DNA of 64,000 nucleotides from Nostoc sp. (GTDB lineage: Bacteria; Cyanobacteriota; Cyanobacteriia; Cyanobacteriales; Nostocaceae). The position numbers and the translations under genes are program-made. The notes under the pieces were generated by a model. That model was given only the letters and a program-made list of their open reading frames with translations, was not told the DNA's origin and made no database searches. Positions 61,921 through 64,000 of the stretch are shown piece by piece (the stretch's first letter is position 1; every line of letters starts with the position of its first letter). Location of the stretch: the NCBI GenBank assembly GCA_036918135.1, contig JBALDB010000056.1, positions 1 through 64,000 on the forward strand. The letters are read 5' to 3'.

Positions 61921-62044
61921 ATATCATGTGCGGTTAAAGTACTTATCATTAAGACCGCAGTTCCTAGCAGGGGGCAGGGGGAAAGAGGTTTTCCTGGTTT
62001 TTGCACAGATGCGGGAATTATAACTAATTAGGCGGACACGATAT
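61921..62044. mobile_element. MITE-like element
   Basis: ATATCATGTGCGGTTAA...TTAGGCGGACACGATAT imperfect terminal inverted repeats. Confidence 0.6.
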
Positions 62045-62092
62045 CAACTGTCAACAGTCAAAACTCAGCATTCCCAATGCCCCATAGCGAAT

Positions 62093-63229
62093 TTAAAAAT
62101 CTACCCCTCTTTTGAGTTCTACACCTTGATTGGCATAATGTTTGTGGCAGTAAACCTCTGAATGAACGCTAGCTAAGTCGAAGTATGCCGGTTGGTTTTG
62201 GCAACGGCCAGTGATGATAATTTCAGTGTCGCGGGGTTTGCGGAGAAAAGCTTGAACAATGGGTTCAACGGGGAGTAGTTCCAAGTCTACTGTGGGATTG
62301 AGTTCATCGAGAATAATCGTTTTATACAGCCCAGAGGCGATCGCAACTTTGGCAATTTCCCAACCCCGTTCGGCTTCTACGTAATCTAATTCTTGGCGAG
62401 AATTACGCCAGACAATTGCATCTCGACCGCAGCGTTGATGATCCACCACTTCTGGATACGACTGCTGCAAAGCAGCGATCGCTGCGTCTTCTGTGTAGCC
62501 AGTACCACCCTTGAGCCACTGCATAATTAATACACGGGTAGACCCTGGATGATTGATTCCCCTACCAATTGCCTGTAAGGCTTTGCCCAATGCACTCGTA
62601 GACTTACCTTTACCAGCACCAGTATAAATTTCAATACCATTAAGTAAGAGTGCTGTGGCAGTTGGGTGATGGTGCGGTTTCATTTCAGAGTGCAAATCTG
62701 CAATATCGAGTAACTTTTGTGGCGCGGCGCGTCCGGTAGCAATAATTTCCAACTCTTGTGGTTTGGATTTTAATGTCTGCACCACTTCATCCACTGGTAG
62801 TAAACCCAAATCGAGAACGGGGTTAATTTCATCTAAAACCACAACTGAATATAAACCACTGACAATCGCACCTTTGGCGACATCCCAACCTCGCGCCGCT
62901 TCATCTATGTCAAAGGCGGTGATTTCTTCTGGGCCAAAAAATTCAGCTCTCCCAGTGCGAACCTGGTCAATTAAATGGGGAAAGCCACGTTGCAAAGCTG
63001 CGATCGCCCCATCTTCATCATAATCACGTTCCGGCCCCTTTAAAAACCGCAGCAGTAAAACTCGGTTAGAATTACTAGGTGTATTTATTCCCAACCCAAT
63101 CGAACGCAAAACCACCCCTAAAGCTGCTTGGGACTTACCTTTACCTGCACCATCGTAGACGTGAATTTGACCAATCAGCCGTTCTTGACGCACTTGCGCC
63201 GTGCGAATACCGATGCCGTTCCTTATCAT
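62093..63229 (-). CDS. cobO: Cob(I)yrinic acid a,c-diamide adenosyltransferase (tandem-domain form)
   Basis: Two copies of Y(D/T)GAGKGKS...LDE.N...TGR; ends GVDF. Confidence 0.92.
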   Translation of the reverse strand: MIRNGIGIRTAQVRQERLIGQIHVYDGAGKGKSQAALGVVLRSIGLGINTPSNSNRVLLLRFLKGPERDYDEDGAIAALQRGFPHLIDQVRTGRAEFFGPEEITAFDIDEAARGWDVAKGAIVSGLYSVVVLDEINPVLDLGLLPVDEVVQTLKSKPQELEIIATGRAAPQKLLDIADLHSEMKPHHHPTATALLLNGIEIYTGAGKGKSTSALGKALQAIGRGINHPGSTRVLIMQWLKGGTGYTEDAAIAALQQSYPEVVDHQRCGRDAIVWRNSRQELDYVEAERGWEIAKVAIASGLYKTIILDELNPTVDLELLPVEPIVQAFLRKPRDTEIIITGRCQNQPAYFDLASVHSEVYCHKHYANQGVELKRGVDF

Positions 63230-63257
63230 TTCTCGAAAAGTTATAATATAGCAGTTT

Positions 63258-63425
63258 GTGAACTACCACAACTAACCCCAAGCGGTATAGTTGAGGCTTC
63301 TAAGTTCATTGGGGATTGTGTCTAGAAGACAAGAAACCTTGCCTGCTACCCGTCTTACATTCCCTTCATTAGCAGTATCGCTAGTTTCTAACGACAATAT
63401 CCCCAAGGCTTCATTTTTGATAATT
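63258..63425 (-). mobile_element. IS200/IS605-family right-end remnant (tnpB 3' tail/reRNA region)
   Basis: Minus strand reads IKNEALGILSLETSDTANEGNVRR..., then GAAGCCTCAACTA...TAGTTGTGGTAGTTCAC (subterminal hairpin and TTCAC end). Confidence 0.65.
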
Positions 63426-63719
63426 AAAGTCACTCAAGGGGTCACCTCCACTGCTCTCCAAAACGGAACGTGATAGTTTCCCATCTTTTTGCTCCTCAGT
63501 AAAAGGGCTGCTGTCATCAGAAGGTCATTGCCAACATCTCATTTTTCTGGTTAGATTACTAGGTTCTACTGGTGGCTTAAGTTTAGCACTTATATTTTAT
63601 ACATCGATTACGTCATTAATATTTAGAATAAGCTATAAAATGTCATTGTTTAAAGAGAATTAATCATGTCTGCAACAGGATGTAGTAAAGCAGGAGACAG
63701 GTTAACAGCGATCGATTTG

Positions 63720-64000
63720 ATGAAAACTATCTTCAGCCGTGCAGTTGTAATCTGCACAATTTGTATTTTCCCGATTAAAACATTAGCAGTGTCAAAACCC
63801 ACTGCAATTTTTCATGCATTCGATCGGCAGTATAGTGACATCGAAAAGGTTGTATGTGAAATCGGGAAGCAAGGATATTCTCACATTCAAATTCCTCCAG
63901 CCCAAAAATCTAATCCTGCCCCAGAATGGTGGGCGCGATATCAACCTTTAGACTACAACATTATTGAAGGTAGAGGTTCGCTCTTAAATTTAAAAAAACT
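63720..64000 (+). CDS. Secreted alpha-amylase (GH13), 5' part; runs off the window
   Basis: MKTIFSRAVVICTICIFPIKTLA signal-like stretch, then AIFHAF...GYSHIQIPP...WWARYQP; alternative in-frame ATG at 63666; not in the ORF track. Confidence 0.85.
   Translation, partial: MKTIFSRAVVICTICIFPIKTLAVSKPTAIFHAFDRQYSDIEKVVCEIGKQGYSHIQIPPAQKSNPAPEWWARYQPLDYNIIEGRGSLLNLKK

Noticed and set aside
62093..63229. Internal duplication in CobO as a novelty
   Set aside because: The tandem-domain form is the usual cyanobacterial architecture.
63230..63600. Cobalamin riboswitch upstream of cobO
   Set aside because: No B12-box or conserved core recognised; the region is better explained as an IS605 right-end remnant.

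Overview
A 64-kb AT-rich chromosomal segment from a Nostoc-like filamentous cyanobacterium, judged from frequent HIP1 GCGATCGC octamers, heptamer STRR tracts and PEP-CTERM proteins. It has about 35 genes. Housekeeping and metabolic genes: a BchH-type Mg-chelatase H, cobO, phoD, a TDO-family dioxygenase, an M14 peptidase with a GNAT, and a partial alpha-amylase. Signalling genes: several hybrid histidine kinases (one with a LOV motif, coupled to a diguanylate cyclase) and a multidomain response regulator. Also present are an RND efflux pair, two restriction-type defence loci (GmrSD-like; type II R-M), several pseudogenes and many MITE-like or very small dispersed repeats, some inserted in frame in genes. 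The best candidates for undescribed systems are: (i) an NdbB-like quinone reductase followed by a vitamin-K-carboxylase-like (HTTM) membrane protein fused to a DCC thiol-disulfide domain (43.5-46.8 kb); (ii) a four-gene operon with a glutaminase-less AsnB-like synthetase, a LysA-fold protein lacking the PLP lysine and a membrane protein with a degenerate TOPRIM domain (15.3-20.5 kb); (iii) an orphan contractile-injection-type cargo protein with a lysozyme-like motif; (iv) a CIRCE element before an unknown small gene; (v) an orphan TnpB right-end/reRNA remnant before cobO. All calls come from motif recognition by eye. No database search was run.
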